Source: PVC group bacterium (GTDB lineage Bacteria > Auribacterota > Erginobacteria > Erginobacterales > Erginobacteraceae). Taken from it: a DNA stretch of 64,000 nt. Position numbers and translations under genes: made by a program. The DNA lies in NCBI GenBank assembly GCA_043804695.1, contig JAZDIV010000033.1:10698-74697 (forward strand), read 5' to 3'. This document shows positions 47,549-56,143 of this stretch, piece by piece. Within the stretch, counting starts at the first letter, position 1. The number at the start of each line of letters is the position of its first letter. The notes under the pieces were generated by a model, which was given only the letters and a program-made list of their open reading frames with translations, had not been told where the DNA came from and did not search any database.

Positions 47549-47592
47549 CCCGGATTACTCATGAAAATTTTCTTTTTCATGAGTAATCCGGA
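47549..47592. mobile_element. 44-bp MITE-like element, family A, with compensatory arm changes
   Basis: CCCGGATTACTCATG...CATGAGTAATCCGGA. Confidence 0.7.
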
Positions 47593-47733
47593 CTACCATT
47601 TATCGTTCAACGCGTTACATATAGTAATTCCGATTATGCGGATACAGCAAACTATTTTTAAAATACCTTGTCTGTCAGACCGGCCTGTGGTATAGAATTT
47701 CTGTTTTTACCGAGATAAAACTCTGTAATCCGT

Positions 47734-47828
47734 ATCTCCGACTCTGCGTCACTACGCCTCCGGGTATGTGCTCAGAGCGACAGGGTCCGGCTGGAAACGG
47801 CTGTGCCTCCCGCGTTTGGAAAGGAGAT
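47734..47828 (+). ncRNA. Moco/Wco (tungsten cofactor) riboswitch
   Basis: P1 ATCTCC/GGAGAT; AGGGT..GGAAAC..GCCTCCC.CGTTTGGAAAGGAG hallmark; upstream of tupABC; no P3 hairpin evident. Confidence 0.8.
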
Positions 47829-47843
47829 CGGCGGACCATTTTG

Positions 47844-47876
47844 CCGGCCCCCTCCGCGGGGGCCGGTTTTATTTTT
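47844..47876 (+). terminator. riboswitch-associated intrinsic terminator
   Basis: CCGGCCCCC-tccgc-GGGGGCCGG-TTTTATTTTT. Confidence 0.8.
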
Positions 47877-47878
47877 AA

Positions 47879-48055
47879 CTGTTTCGGAATTTTCAGCCTG
47901 AGGCTGATGCGCCTCTGGCGCACAATAAAATATTAGCCACCAAGACACAAAGGCACCAAAATAAAGAGGAAAAGGGGCAAAATACTCACCTTATTTGGTT
48001 TTTCTTAGTGTCTTGGTGTCTTAGTGGCGAAAAGTTAGCGCGGAGGCGCTAAGTT
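47879..48055 (+). repeat. composite element E4
   Basis: CTGTTTCGGAATTT, cagcctgaggctgatgcgcctctgg insert, E1-type body, GTTAGCGCGGAGGCGCTAAGTT right end. Confidence 0.8.
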
Positions 48056-48078
48056 CTTCCAATCGGAAGGTGGGGAAC

Positions 48079-48974
48079 ATGTCGAAAAGAATCGTCGTAT
48101 TTATTGCTCTGCTCTGTTCCCTCATCGTCCCGGCTGGACCGGCCAGGGCGGAGGAACGGTTCAAGCTGGCCACCACCACCAGCACGGAAAATTCGGGGCT
48201 GCTGGGCGTCCTCATCCCGCCGTTCGAGAAAAAGTTCGGCTATAACGTCGATGTGATAGCCGTCGGGACCGGCGCCGCCCTCAAACTGGGGGAGAACGGC
48301 GACGCGGACGTCGTTCTGGTCCATGCGCCCGATCAGGAAGCGGCCTTTGTCGAGGCCGGCTTCGGCGTCAACCGGCGCAGCGTGATGTACAATGACTTCA
48401 TCATCGTCGGGCCCGGGGACGATCCGGCCGGCATCCGGGGGGAGAAGGACGCGGCCCGGGCCATGGCCCTGATCGCGGGCAGGAAGTCACCCTTCGTCTC
48501 CCGGGAGATGATTCCGGGACTCATATCAAGGAGCAATTTCTCTGGAAAGAATCCGGCCTTCCGCTAAAAGAGGTTAAGAAACTGCTCTCCAAAAAAGACA
48601 CGGAGAGTGAAGTGCAGTACGTGGCCCCGGAGGGCGATTGGTACTTCTCCATCGGGCAGGGGATGGGATCCGCACTGATGATGGCGGACGAGAAACGGGC
48701 CTACTGCCTGGCCGACCGGGGCACCTATCTCGCCTACCGGGACAAGATCAAGCTGGATGTCCTGACCGAGGGTGATCCCCGGCTGTACAATCCGTACGGC
48801 GTGATGGCCGTCAACCCGGAGCGGTTCCCCCGGATCCAGTATTTCGGCGCCATGGCCCTGATCGCCTGGATGACATCGGTGGAAGGGCAGAAGATCATCG
48901 CGGATTTCCGCCGGGACGGTGAGGTTCTCTTTCACCCCCTGGCGGTACGTCCCGATTTTCTTGGTAAACGATAA
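48079..48974 (+). pseudogene. tupA: tungstate ABC substrate-binding protein, split by a 1-nt frameshift near 48503
   Basis: ATTTSTENSGLL, VGTGAAL..G..GDADV.LVH; adding one G restores FVSRGDDSGTHIKE..LW, in frame with GQGMG..AY.LADRGT. Confidence 0.88.
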
Positions 48975-48978
48975 AATC

Positions 48979-49671
48979 ATGGAATATCTTTTTACGGGAA
49001 TCACTGACGCCGGCCGGCTGATCATCCATTGCAATCCGGAACTGCTGCGGATTGTCTGGGTATCGATCCGGGTTTCCGGCACCGCTCTTCTTTTCGCCGC
49101 CCTGGCCGGCATCCCGCTCGGGTTCTGGGTCGCCGTCACCACCTTCCCGGGAAAACGGGCGGCGGTGACGCTGCTCAACACGCTGATGGGCCTGCCCACG
49201 GTGGTGGTCGGCCTCTGGGGCTACTCTTTCCTCTCCCGGCGGGGATTGCTGGGAAGCTGGGGGCTTCTCTACACACCTGGTGCCATGATCATCGGCCAGT
49301 TCGTCCTCGCCACCCCGATTATCGCCGCCCTTTCCCTGGCTGCCGTCCAGGGGATCAACCGGCAGGTTGCATTGACCGCGCTCACGCTGGGAGCTTCACC
49401 CCGTCAGAAAAACTGGAAGGTCCTCTCCGAAGCGAAATTCGCCATCCTGGCCGCCGTCATCGCCGGATTCGGCCGGATCTTCGCCGAGATCGGTGCCTCC
49501 ACCATGCTGGGCGGGAACATCCAGGGCTACACCAGGAATATCACCACCGCCATCGCCTACGAAACCGGCAAGGGGGAGTTTTCGCTCGGGATCGCCCTCG
49601 GCATCATCCTCCTGGTCATCGCGCTCGGCATCAACATCCTGCTCCAGGTCTGGCAGGGGAAACTGGAATGA
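48979..49671 (+). CDS. tupB: tungstate ABC permease
   Basis: NTLMGLPTVVVGL, AGFGRIFAEIGA..MLGGNI..YTR.ITTAI. Confidence 0.9.
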   Translation: MEYLFTGITDAGRLIIHCNPELLRIVWVSIRVSGTALLFAALAGIPLGFWVAVTTFPGKRAAVTLLNTLMGLPTVVVGLWGYSFLSRRGLLGSWGLLYTPGAMIIGQFVLATPIIAALSLAAVQGINRQVALTALTLGASPRQKNWKVLSEAKFAILAAVIAGFGRIFAEIGASTMLGGNIQGYTRNITTAIAYETGKGEFSLGIALGIILLVIALGINILLQVWQGKLE

Positions 49672-50687
49672 GCGGAAACACGCCATTACTCTCCCTGACT
49701 GCGCTCGATTTCCGCTATCCCGGCGGCTTTTCCCTCCGGATACCGAGCCTGGAGCTGGCGGACGGCGTCATCCACGCTCTTTCCGGGCCGAACGGGGCCG
49801 GGAAGACAACTCTTCTTCACATCCTGGCCCTTCTCCTGCCCGCCGGGACGGACGGCTACCGGTACCGGGGGCAACCCCTCCCGAAAACACCACGGCAGCA
49901 GCTGGACATCCGGCGCTCGATGACCCTGGTCGAGCAGAACCCCTGTTTTTTCCGGGCCACCATCGGGGAAAACATCGCCTATGGATTGAGACTCCGGCGC
50001 TGGAAGGAACGGGACATCCGGAAAGCGGTCGCCGCCGCCGGGGACGACCTCGGCATCGGCAGCCTGCTCGATCGGAAACCGGACCGTCTTTCCGCGGGGG
50101 AGAAGCAGAAGGCCGCCCTGGCCCGGGCGCTGGTCCTCCGCCCCGAAATCCTGTTTCTCGATGAGCCCACGGCCAACGTGGACCGGCAGAGTGTCTCCCT
50201 GATCGAAGAAGCGGTCAAAGGATTCCACCGGAAACGCGGGGGAACCGCAGTCTGGGCCACCCACAATCTCCGGCAGGCCTTCCGGGTCGGCGACCGGGTG
50301 ATGAGCCTGGTGAACGGAAAGCTGGCGCCGGGAACCATCGACAACCTCTTTGCCGGCCGGGTCGAAAAACGGGGGGAGGAGTCGATCTTCTACTTCGGGC
50401 CGGGGCTCTCGGCGGTCGTCCCCTCGTCGAATGAAGGAACGGCCCGGATGCTCATCCTCCCCGAGGAGATCATCGTCTCTCCGGAACCCCTCCAGTCCAG
50501 CGCGCGCAACTGCTTCCCGGGCCGGGTGGTAGGGATGGAAGAGCGGGGAAGTAATGTCGCGGTTCTGGCGGATATCGGTGTGCCGATCACTGCGCTCATC
50601 ACCCCCCCATCGTATCGCAAACTCGGCCTTCATCTGAGCTCAAAAGTGTATATCAGCTTCAAGGCCACCGCGGCGTCTGTCTTTTAG
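49668..50687 (+). CDS. tupC: tungstate ABC ATPase with TOBE domain
   Basis: GPNGAGKT, LSAGEKQ, LDEPTAN, SSARN. Confidence 0.88.
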   Translation: MSGNTPLLSLTALDFRYPGGFSLRIPSLELADGVIHALSGPNGAGKTTLLHILALLLPAGTDGYRYRGQPLPKTPRQQLDIRRSMTLVEQNPCFFRATIGENIAYGLRLRRWKERDIRKAVAAAGDDLGIGSLLDRKPDRLSAGEKQKAALARALVLRPEILFLDEPTANVDRQSVSLIEEAVKGFHRKRGGTAVWATHNLRQAFRVGDRVMSLVNGKLAPGTIDNLFAGRVEKRGEESIFYFGPGLSAVVPSSNEGTARMLILPEEIIVSPEPLQSSARNCFPGRVVGMEERGSNVAVLADIGVPITALITPPSYRKLGLHLSSKVYISFKATAASVF

Positions 50688-50743
50688 TGTTCTCTGTTAG
50701 AATACCCGAGAGAAACTTCTTCTTGATAAAGGAAGGCACTGAT

Positions 50744-51880
50744 ATGGCAAGCATCCTGTTTGAACCGATAACAATCAACACCATCGAGCTGAGAAACCGT
50801 TTCGTCATGTCGGCCGCCGCCGACAACCTGTCCGGGGAGGATGGAGAGGTGACGGACGCCCAGGTCGCCCGGTACAGAGAACTGGCCGAAGGAGGGGTGG
50901 GGCTGATCATCAGCGGGGGCATCACCGTGCATCCGACCGGGACCTCTCATCCCGGATCCCCGGCCCTGGCGAACGACGCCGCGGTGTCCGGCTGGAAAAC
51001 GTTAACCACCGCGGTTCACGGCCGGGGGGGAAAGATCGCCGCCCAGCTCGTCCACTCCGGGATCTGGACCTCCCGGTACCAGAACAGCCTCGGCCGGGAC
51101 GGCATCGCCCCCTCGGTTCTGCCGCCGGACTGCTATTACCTGAACCGGGGCTGGATGACCGCGGGCCGGTACAGGGCAGCGACCGATGATGACCTGACAG
51201 TGATCATCACCGCCTTCGGTGCCGCCGCCCGGCGGGCCAAGGAAGCCGGATTCGACGCGGTCCAGTTCCACGGAGCGCACGACAGTTTACTGAGCCAGTT
51301 TCTCTCCCCTCACACCAACCGGCGTACCGACCGGTGGGGAAGGTCACCGGAGAACCGTCTCCGTCTTCATCGAGAATTGTACCGCTCTGTCCGCGAGCGC
51401 GTCGGGGCAGAATACCCGGTCATGATCAAACTGGGTGTGGAAGACGGGTTCAGTGGGGGGCTCACCTTCGCTGAAGGGAAAGCCGCGGCAGCCGCCCTCG
51501 GCGGGCTGGGCGTCGATGCTATTGAGGTGAGTTTGGGCCTTCAGGGCGAACTCTTCGCGGGGACCGTCCTCAGAACCGGCATCAACACGATCAGTAAAGA
51601 GGCGTACTATAGAAACTGGTCTCGGGAGATTAAGAAGACTGTCGCTCTCCCCATCATGCTGGTCGGCGGGCTACGGTCTTTTGAGCTGATCGAGGAGATT
51701 GTCCGGAACGGCGAGGCCGATCTCGCCTCACTCTGCCGCCCCCTGGTCAGGGAGCCGGGACTGATCGGCGATTGGGAGAGCGGGGACAGGCACCGGGCGA
51801 CCTGCGTCTCCTGCAACCTCTGCGTGAAAGCTATCGGGGAGGGGAAACCCCTGGCCTGTTACCTGGACACCGCTGAGTAG
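50744..51880 (+). CDS. NADH:flavin oxidoreductase (Old Yellow Enzyme family)
   Basis: LRNRFVMSA, GGVGLIISG, AGFDAVQFHGAH..LLSQFLSPHTNRRTDRWG, CVSCNLC. Confidence 0.93.
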   Translation: MASILFEPITINTIELRNRFVMSAAADNLSGEDGEVTDAQVARYRELAEGGVGLIISGGITVHPTGTSHPGSPALANDAAVSGWKTLTTAVHGRGGKIAAQLVHSGIWTSRYQNSLGRDGIAPSVLPPDCYYLNRGWMTAGRYRAATDDDLTVIITAFGAAARRAKEAGFDAVQFHGAHDSLLSQFLSPHTNRRTDRWGRSPENRLRLHRELYRSVRERVGAEYPVMIKLGVEDGFSGGLTFAEGKAAAAALGGLGVDAIEVSLGLQGELFAGTVLRTGINTISKEAYYRNWSREIKKTVALPIMLVGGLRSFELIEEIVRNGEADLASLCRPLVREPGLIGDWESGDRHRATCVSCNLCVKAIGEGKPLACYLDTAE

Positions 51881-51892
51881 CATTCTCCCCTG

Positions 51893-51966
51893 ATTCCGAG
51901 GACACAATACTTTGATTCCGGGGACACACTTAATTCAAATTACGTCATTCATTGTGTCCCCGGAAT
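51893..51966. repeat. ATTCCGGGGACAC / GTGTCCCCGGAAT inverted REP-like pair
   Basis: Same motif at 60577-60737. Confidence 0.7.
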
Positions 51967-51995
51967 GTAAATGTTAACCGGCCTCCTTCCCGTCG

Positions 51996-52499
51996 TCAGT
52001 CCAGGCCGATCTCTTCCAGGTATTCTTCGATCCTGACCCGGACAGCATCCCAGTCACCGTCCACGAAAAAGTCGGTGATTCCGCATGCTGTGTACGCGAT
52101 CAGGTCGGTGTCTTTATCCCCCACCCCGAAGAGAACGTTGTACTGCTCCTGGAGGGAACGGATCTCCCGGGTTTTATACAGAGAAGACTCTTCGTCGGGA
52201 TCTTCTTTTAAGATGAGTCTGCCGGAAGGGAAGTCCCATTTTTGTAATATCCACTCCGTCTCCTCGCGCCTGTCCGTCGTCCGGGCGCTCAGGTAGACGA
52301 TGGTTATTTCCCGCGATTTGATCCACTTTATCGTCTCCAGCGCGCCGAGGACCGGGCTGGCGGGTCTTTTAAAATTGAAGAGGGTGCCGTCGACATCGAT
52401 GACGCAGGAGGGTGGTTTGGACTGTCCGCACCCGGAAATGTACAGAAGGCAGCAGTACAGGAATGGAATAACGCCGATGTAATAATACCTTTTTCTCAT
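51996..52499 (-). CDS. HAD-family phosphatase (LNS2-like), probable lipoprotein
   Basis: ISG|C lipobox; IDVDGT, YLSAR, GDKDTD. Confidence 0.8.
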   Translation of the reverse strand: MRKRYYYIGVIPFLYCCLLYISGCGQSKPPSCVIDVDGTLFNFKRPASPVLGALETIKWIKSREITIVYLSARTTDRREETEWILQKWDFPSGRLILKEDPDEESSLYKTREIRSLQEQYNVLFGVGDKDTDLIAYTACGITDFFVDGDWDAVRVRIEEYLEEIGLD

Positions 52500-52501
52500 C
52501 T

Positions 52502-52581
52502 ATAAACTAGCTCGCTAAGTTTACCCTCGGTTTACCGGGGCTCGCTACTTTATATGAGCCCCCCGATTGATTCAATCGGGT
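52502..52581 (-). repeat. copy of the 21990 element with an inserted small hairpin
   Basis: TAAACTAGCTCGCT...GCTCGCT...GCCCCCCGATTGATTCAATCGGG. Confidence 0.6.
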
Positions 52582-52761
52582 ATTTTCTAACCTTTCGTTT
52601 GAAGAGGAGTCAAGACCTATCCTTCCAATAACGGTTCGTCATGGACATTGGGCTTTTCCTACGGTATTTTCAAGGTATTCCATGTTCACGCTGTATTTTC
52701 ATCAATCAAAAAGTTCAAACCTGAGCCAATGTATGATTACATCGAATTAAGGAGGAGTCCG

Positions 52762-53292
52762 ATGAAATATTTCCTGTTACCGGTTCTGCTGGTCATTCTG
52801 GCGCCCCCGGCATCGGCCGGGGAATCCGACTGGAGGACTTTTACCTCGGAAGCGGGCGGCTTCACGGTTCTTCTGCCCGGAACCCCCATCTTCAGCGACA
52901 CAACCGACCACACCGTGGTCGGCGCGGTCGGGGAGAACCTCTACAGCCTGGAGACGGCGGCGGCTTCCTTCAGCGCCGAGTATTCCGACCTGCCGGGGGT
53001 TGCCACCTTCTTCGAGAGCGCCGATTCCCTTTATAACGATGCCCGGGAGGGCTTGCTCAAGCAGACCGGGGCCCGTCAAACCGGCTATTACGGGATCGAA
53101 CAGGAGAGCATCCGGGGGAAGGAGATAACCTACGAGGTTCCCGCCAACCGGAATTCCCCCCTCCTGCACGGGAAAGCGCGCTTTCTTCTCAGGGACAAAC
53201 GACTCTATGTTCTTGTTGTCACCACCCCGGAGATGAGCGATGCGGATGGGATCGTTTCCCGATACCTGGATTCATTCCGCTTACTCAAGTAG
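52762..53292 (+). CDS. secreted hypothetical protein (PsbP-like fold possible)
   Basis: RBS AAGGAGG; signal peptide; W.TFTS..GGFTVLLPG.P ... YLDSF. Confidence 0.7.
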   Translation: MKYFLLPVLLVILAPPASAGESDWRTFTSEAGGFTVLLPGTPIFSDTTDHTVVGAVGENLYSLETAAASFSAEYSDLPGVATFFESADSLYNDAREGLLKQTGARQTGYYGIEQESIRGKEITYEVPANRNSPLLHGKARFLLRDKRLYVLVVTTPEMSDADGIVSRYLDSFRLLK

Positions 53293-53409
53293 CTTGAGGC
53301 TGTCCGAAAACGTATCAATTTGAGAAAAACTAATTAAAACCACGAAGGTCACGAAGCAAAGAATTAAATCAGATTCATGTACGGCGCGGTTCTTCTGGCA
53401 GTGGCCGGA

Positions 53410-54005
53410 ATCGCGCTCTGGATCATCACCTCCGACCACGGCGAGGGGATGGGGAACCATCACTACATCGAGCACAGTCAGAAGATCTACAATGAACAGC
53501 TCCATGTTCCCCTGATCTTCCACCGCGGCGACGGGGGGCTGAAGCCGCGTGAGATCAGCGAGCTGGTCCGGCACGTTGACATTCTTCCCACCCCGGCGGA
53601 ACTGGTCGGGTACCCCCTGGGTGATGGGTCGCCGCATGTCCAGGGTGATACCCTGGTCCCCTTTCTCCGGGGGGAGGAAATTCTACCGGACCGGTCTGCT
53701 TTTCCTCAACGCCGTCCCCCGACCGGGCGCGGCAAGAAGCGTGGGGATCCGAGCGGGTGTACTCCATCCAGAACCGCGACTATAAATACATCTACAACTC
53801 TGATAAGCAAGACGAGTTTTACCACCTGTCGGAAGATCCCCTGGAAAGACACAACCTGATCGACACCCCTTCGGCGGAAAAAGACCGGATGGGAAAGAGC
53901 CTCCAGCGATACCATGACCTGCTTCTTTCCTGAACGTCTTTTGCCGCCCAGTCCGAACTCAATCCCCGATACAGGAAAACGCTGAAATCCCTCGGCTACC
54001 TGTAG
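53410..54005 (+). pseudogene. C-terminal sulfatase fragment with frameshifts
   Basis: IITSDHGE..LHVPLI..VDILPT; ends LKSLGYL* in another frame; N-terminal half absent. Confidence 0.8.
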
Positions 54006-54107
54006 GGGGCCGGGAGCCTTTCCGAGTAATGACTCCTACTATTCGAAAGCAGCCGATACCGTGGCAGCGGCGGCGTCTTTTCATTGATTCAGAGACCGTC
54101 TACAGAT

Positions 54108-55043
54108 TTATAATCTGTATAAGCGCATGAATAACCCACGGGCGATACCGGTCAGCACGCCCAGATGGATAATAGCCAGGATCAGCGGCACCCGGTAGAG
54201 CGTCTTCCACCCCGGCACCCCGAAGCAGCCGGTCCGTGCTTTCCTGAAGAGATAGACGCCGATCGCGGCGACCATCAGGACCCAGGGGAGCGGTCCGGGC
54301 ATCACCAGGCCCCAGAGCAACAGGCCGGCCAGGAGGACGTCCTGAAATAATGTCCAGAGATACATGCGGGAGGTCCGGCCGCCGCGCGTGGTATCGCGGG
54401 CATAGAGATGAAACTGCCGCAGTACGGCCCGGTATGATGACCGGGGGCGCCAGCCCACGATCGCGGCGGACGCCGTCTTCAGCTTACCGCCACAGTCGAC
54501 CAGAGAAAGCACGAAGCCGAGGTCGTCCAGAACGTGAGTCTCCTCGGGAAAGCCCCCCGCCTTCTCCCACGCCGCCCGCGTGAAGGCCAGCGAACGGGCC
54601 GTGGGGCGGACATACTGTCCCTGGAGCCGCAACCGGGCCGACCCGGAACATCGCCCCACACAGTCTTCAAAATCGGTCCGGGGAATCAGCCGGTAGCTGC
54701 CGCAGACCAGGTCGGTGCCGGACCGGTCTTCAAGGGGAGCCAGCAACCGCTCCAGCCACCCGGAGAAGGGCCGGCAGCCGGCGTCGGTCACGGCCAAGAG
54801 GTCATGGGCGCTTTCCCGGACGGATCGGTTCCGCCCCCGGGATATGCCGGCGCCGGGGTCGACCACCACCCGCAGGGGCAGACCGGCGCCGGTGGCCTCG
54901 AGGGCGGCAACGGTACCGTCGGTGGAGCCGCCGTCGACGAACACAATCTCATCCGGCGGTCGGGTCTGGGCCCGCAACCCTTCGAGCAGATCGGCGACCG
55001 TTCCGGCCTCGTTCAATACGGTAATAATGACAGTGACCTGCAT
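54108..55043 (-). CDS. family 2 glycosyltransferase
   Basis: VIITVLNE, VDGGSTDGT, GRN, TDAGC, GGFPE. Confidence 0.92.
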   Translation of the reverse strand: MQVTVIITVLNEAGTVADLLEGLRAQTRPPDEIVFVDGGSTDGTVAALEATGAGLPLRVVVDPGAGISRGRNRSVRESAHDLLAVTDAGCRPFSGWLERLLAPLEDRSGTDLVCGSYRLIPRTDFEDCVGRCSGSARLRLQGQYVRPTARSLAFTRAAWEKAGGFPEETHVLDDLGFVLSLVDCGGKLKTASAAIVGWRPRSSYRAVLRQFHLYARDTTRGGRTSRMYLWTLFQDVLLAGLLLWGLVMPGPLPWVLMVAAIGVYLFRKARTGCFGVPGWKTLYRVPLILAIIHLGVLTGIARGLFMRLYRL

Positions 55044-55094
55044 TATCGGGTGGCCGGAAGATCACCCGTCATGCCGTAATAGCAGCGGGTAACG

Positions 55095-55826
55095 TTATGC
55101 AGCTTCTCCGGACAGCGTGTAAATCTCTTCCCTCATCGTGGTCAATTTTCCGAAACAGAGCAGGACATCCCCTAAAAGAATCTTGGTGTCTGCCGCCGGA
55201 TTGGCGATCGGCTTCTTTCCCCGCTCGATGACCAGGATGGTGATTCCCTGTTTCTTCATACCCGCTTCACTCAGGGTCTTATTGAGTACCGGGCTCGCCT
55301 CTTCCACTTCGACACGGGAGACACCGTACCCGCCCGGCGCCACGAAGACTTCCTCGAATGATTCGGGCGGGATGATTTTTTTCTTAACCAGCTTTTTCTT
55401 GACCAGGGCGGTTACCTTCTTTGCCAGCTTGGTATTCGGCACGAACCTGAAGAGCGCGTAAATGGCAGCCGCCGAAATGACCAGGTTGATCCAGGGAAGC
55501 AGGTTGGGGGGAACGACCGAGCGGAGGAAGGGGAGATCGAAGTGGGAGAGGAAGACGTCCGGTCTCAGGGAGTTGGCAAAGGTGGCGATCATGGCGACGA
55601 AACCGGCGTGGCCAACAATAATCAGGTAGGTGGCGATCCGGCGGCGGCGCGGACTGGCGACGACCAGCTCCGATTCCTTGGTCGTGAAACCGGTACCGGT
55701 AAAGCAGGATACCGCCTGGAACTTGGCCACGGTCCATTCCATACCGGTCAGGTTGAAGGCTACGGCACCGATCCTGACAATGATTACCGATACCACTATG
55801 GTGAAAAGAAAGAGCAGAACATTCAT
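55095..55826 (-). CDS. TrkA_C (RCK_C) domain membrane protein
   Basis: AKFQAVSCFTGTGFTTKESE...RRRIA; C-terminal RCK_C domain. Confidence 0.85.
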   Translation of the reverse strand: MNVLLFLFTIVVSVIIVRIGAVAFNLTGMEWTVAKFQAVSCFTGTGFTTKESELVVASPRRRRIATYLIIVGHAGFVAMIATFANSLRPDVFLSHFDLPFLRSVVPPNLLPWINLVISAAAIYALFRFVPNTKLAKKVTALVKKKLVKKKIIPPESFEEVFVAPGGYGVSRVEVEEASPVLNKTLSEAGMKKQGITILVIERGKKPIANPAADTKILLGDVLLCFGKLTTMREEIYTLSGEAA

Positions 55827-56143
55827 AATCTATTCCCTTTATGGATTTCTCCTCTCCGACGGAAGTGTTGCACTCTTTAGCTATAACACACTCGATGAAT
55901 ATATCACATTCGAACTGAATGCATTGTTGCGGAAGATGGACGGTAATGCCAAACTTTCAGGTGCACCGTCGCCTCTTCCAGTATGGAGGATATGACGATG
56001 CCACCTCTCTATCAAGCATTTTTAGCGGCTTTTTTGCCCGGTAAGTATGTCAAAATCGGTTGCCTATCCGGGAATTTTTCCATATAAGTTAATGCATACC
56101 ATCCGTAACGCAGATAATCAGCCGGAAAAAAGGCCTGCATCTT

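Noticed and set aside
49029..49667. N-terminal extension of the ABC ATPase ORF
   Set aside because: Overlaps tupB; the real start is the ATGA overlap at 49668
55860..56010. c-di-AMP riboswitch upstream of the TrkA_C gene
   Set aside because: Only a generic hairpin; ydaO consensus motifs not found
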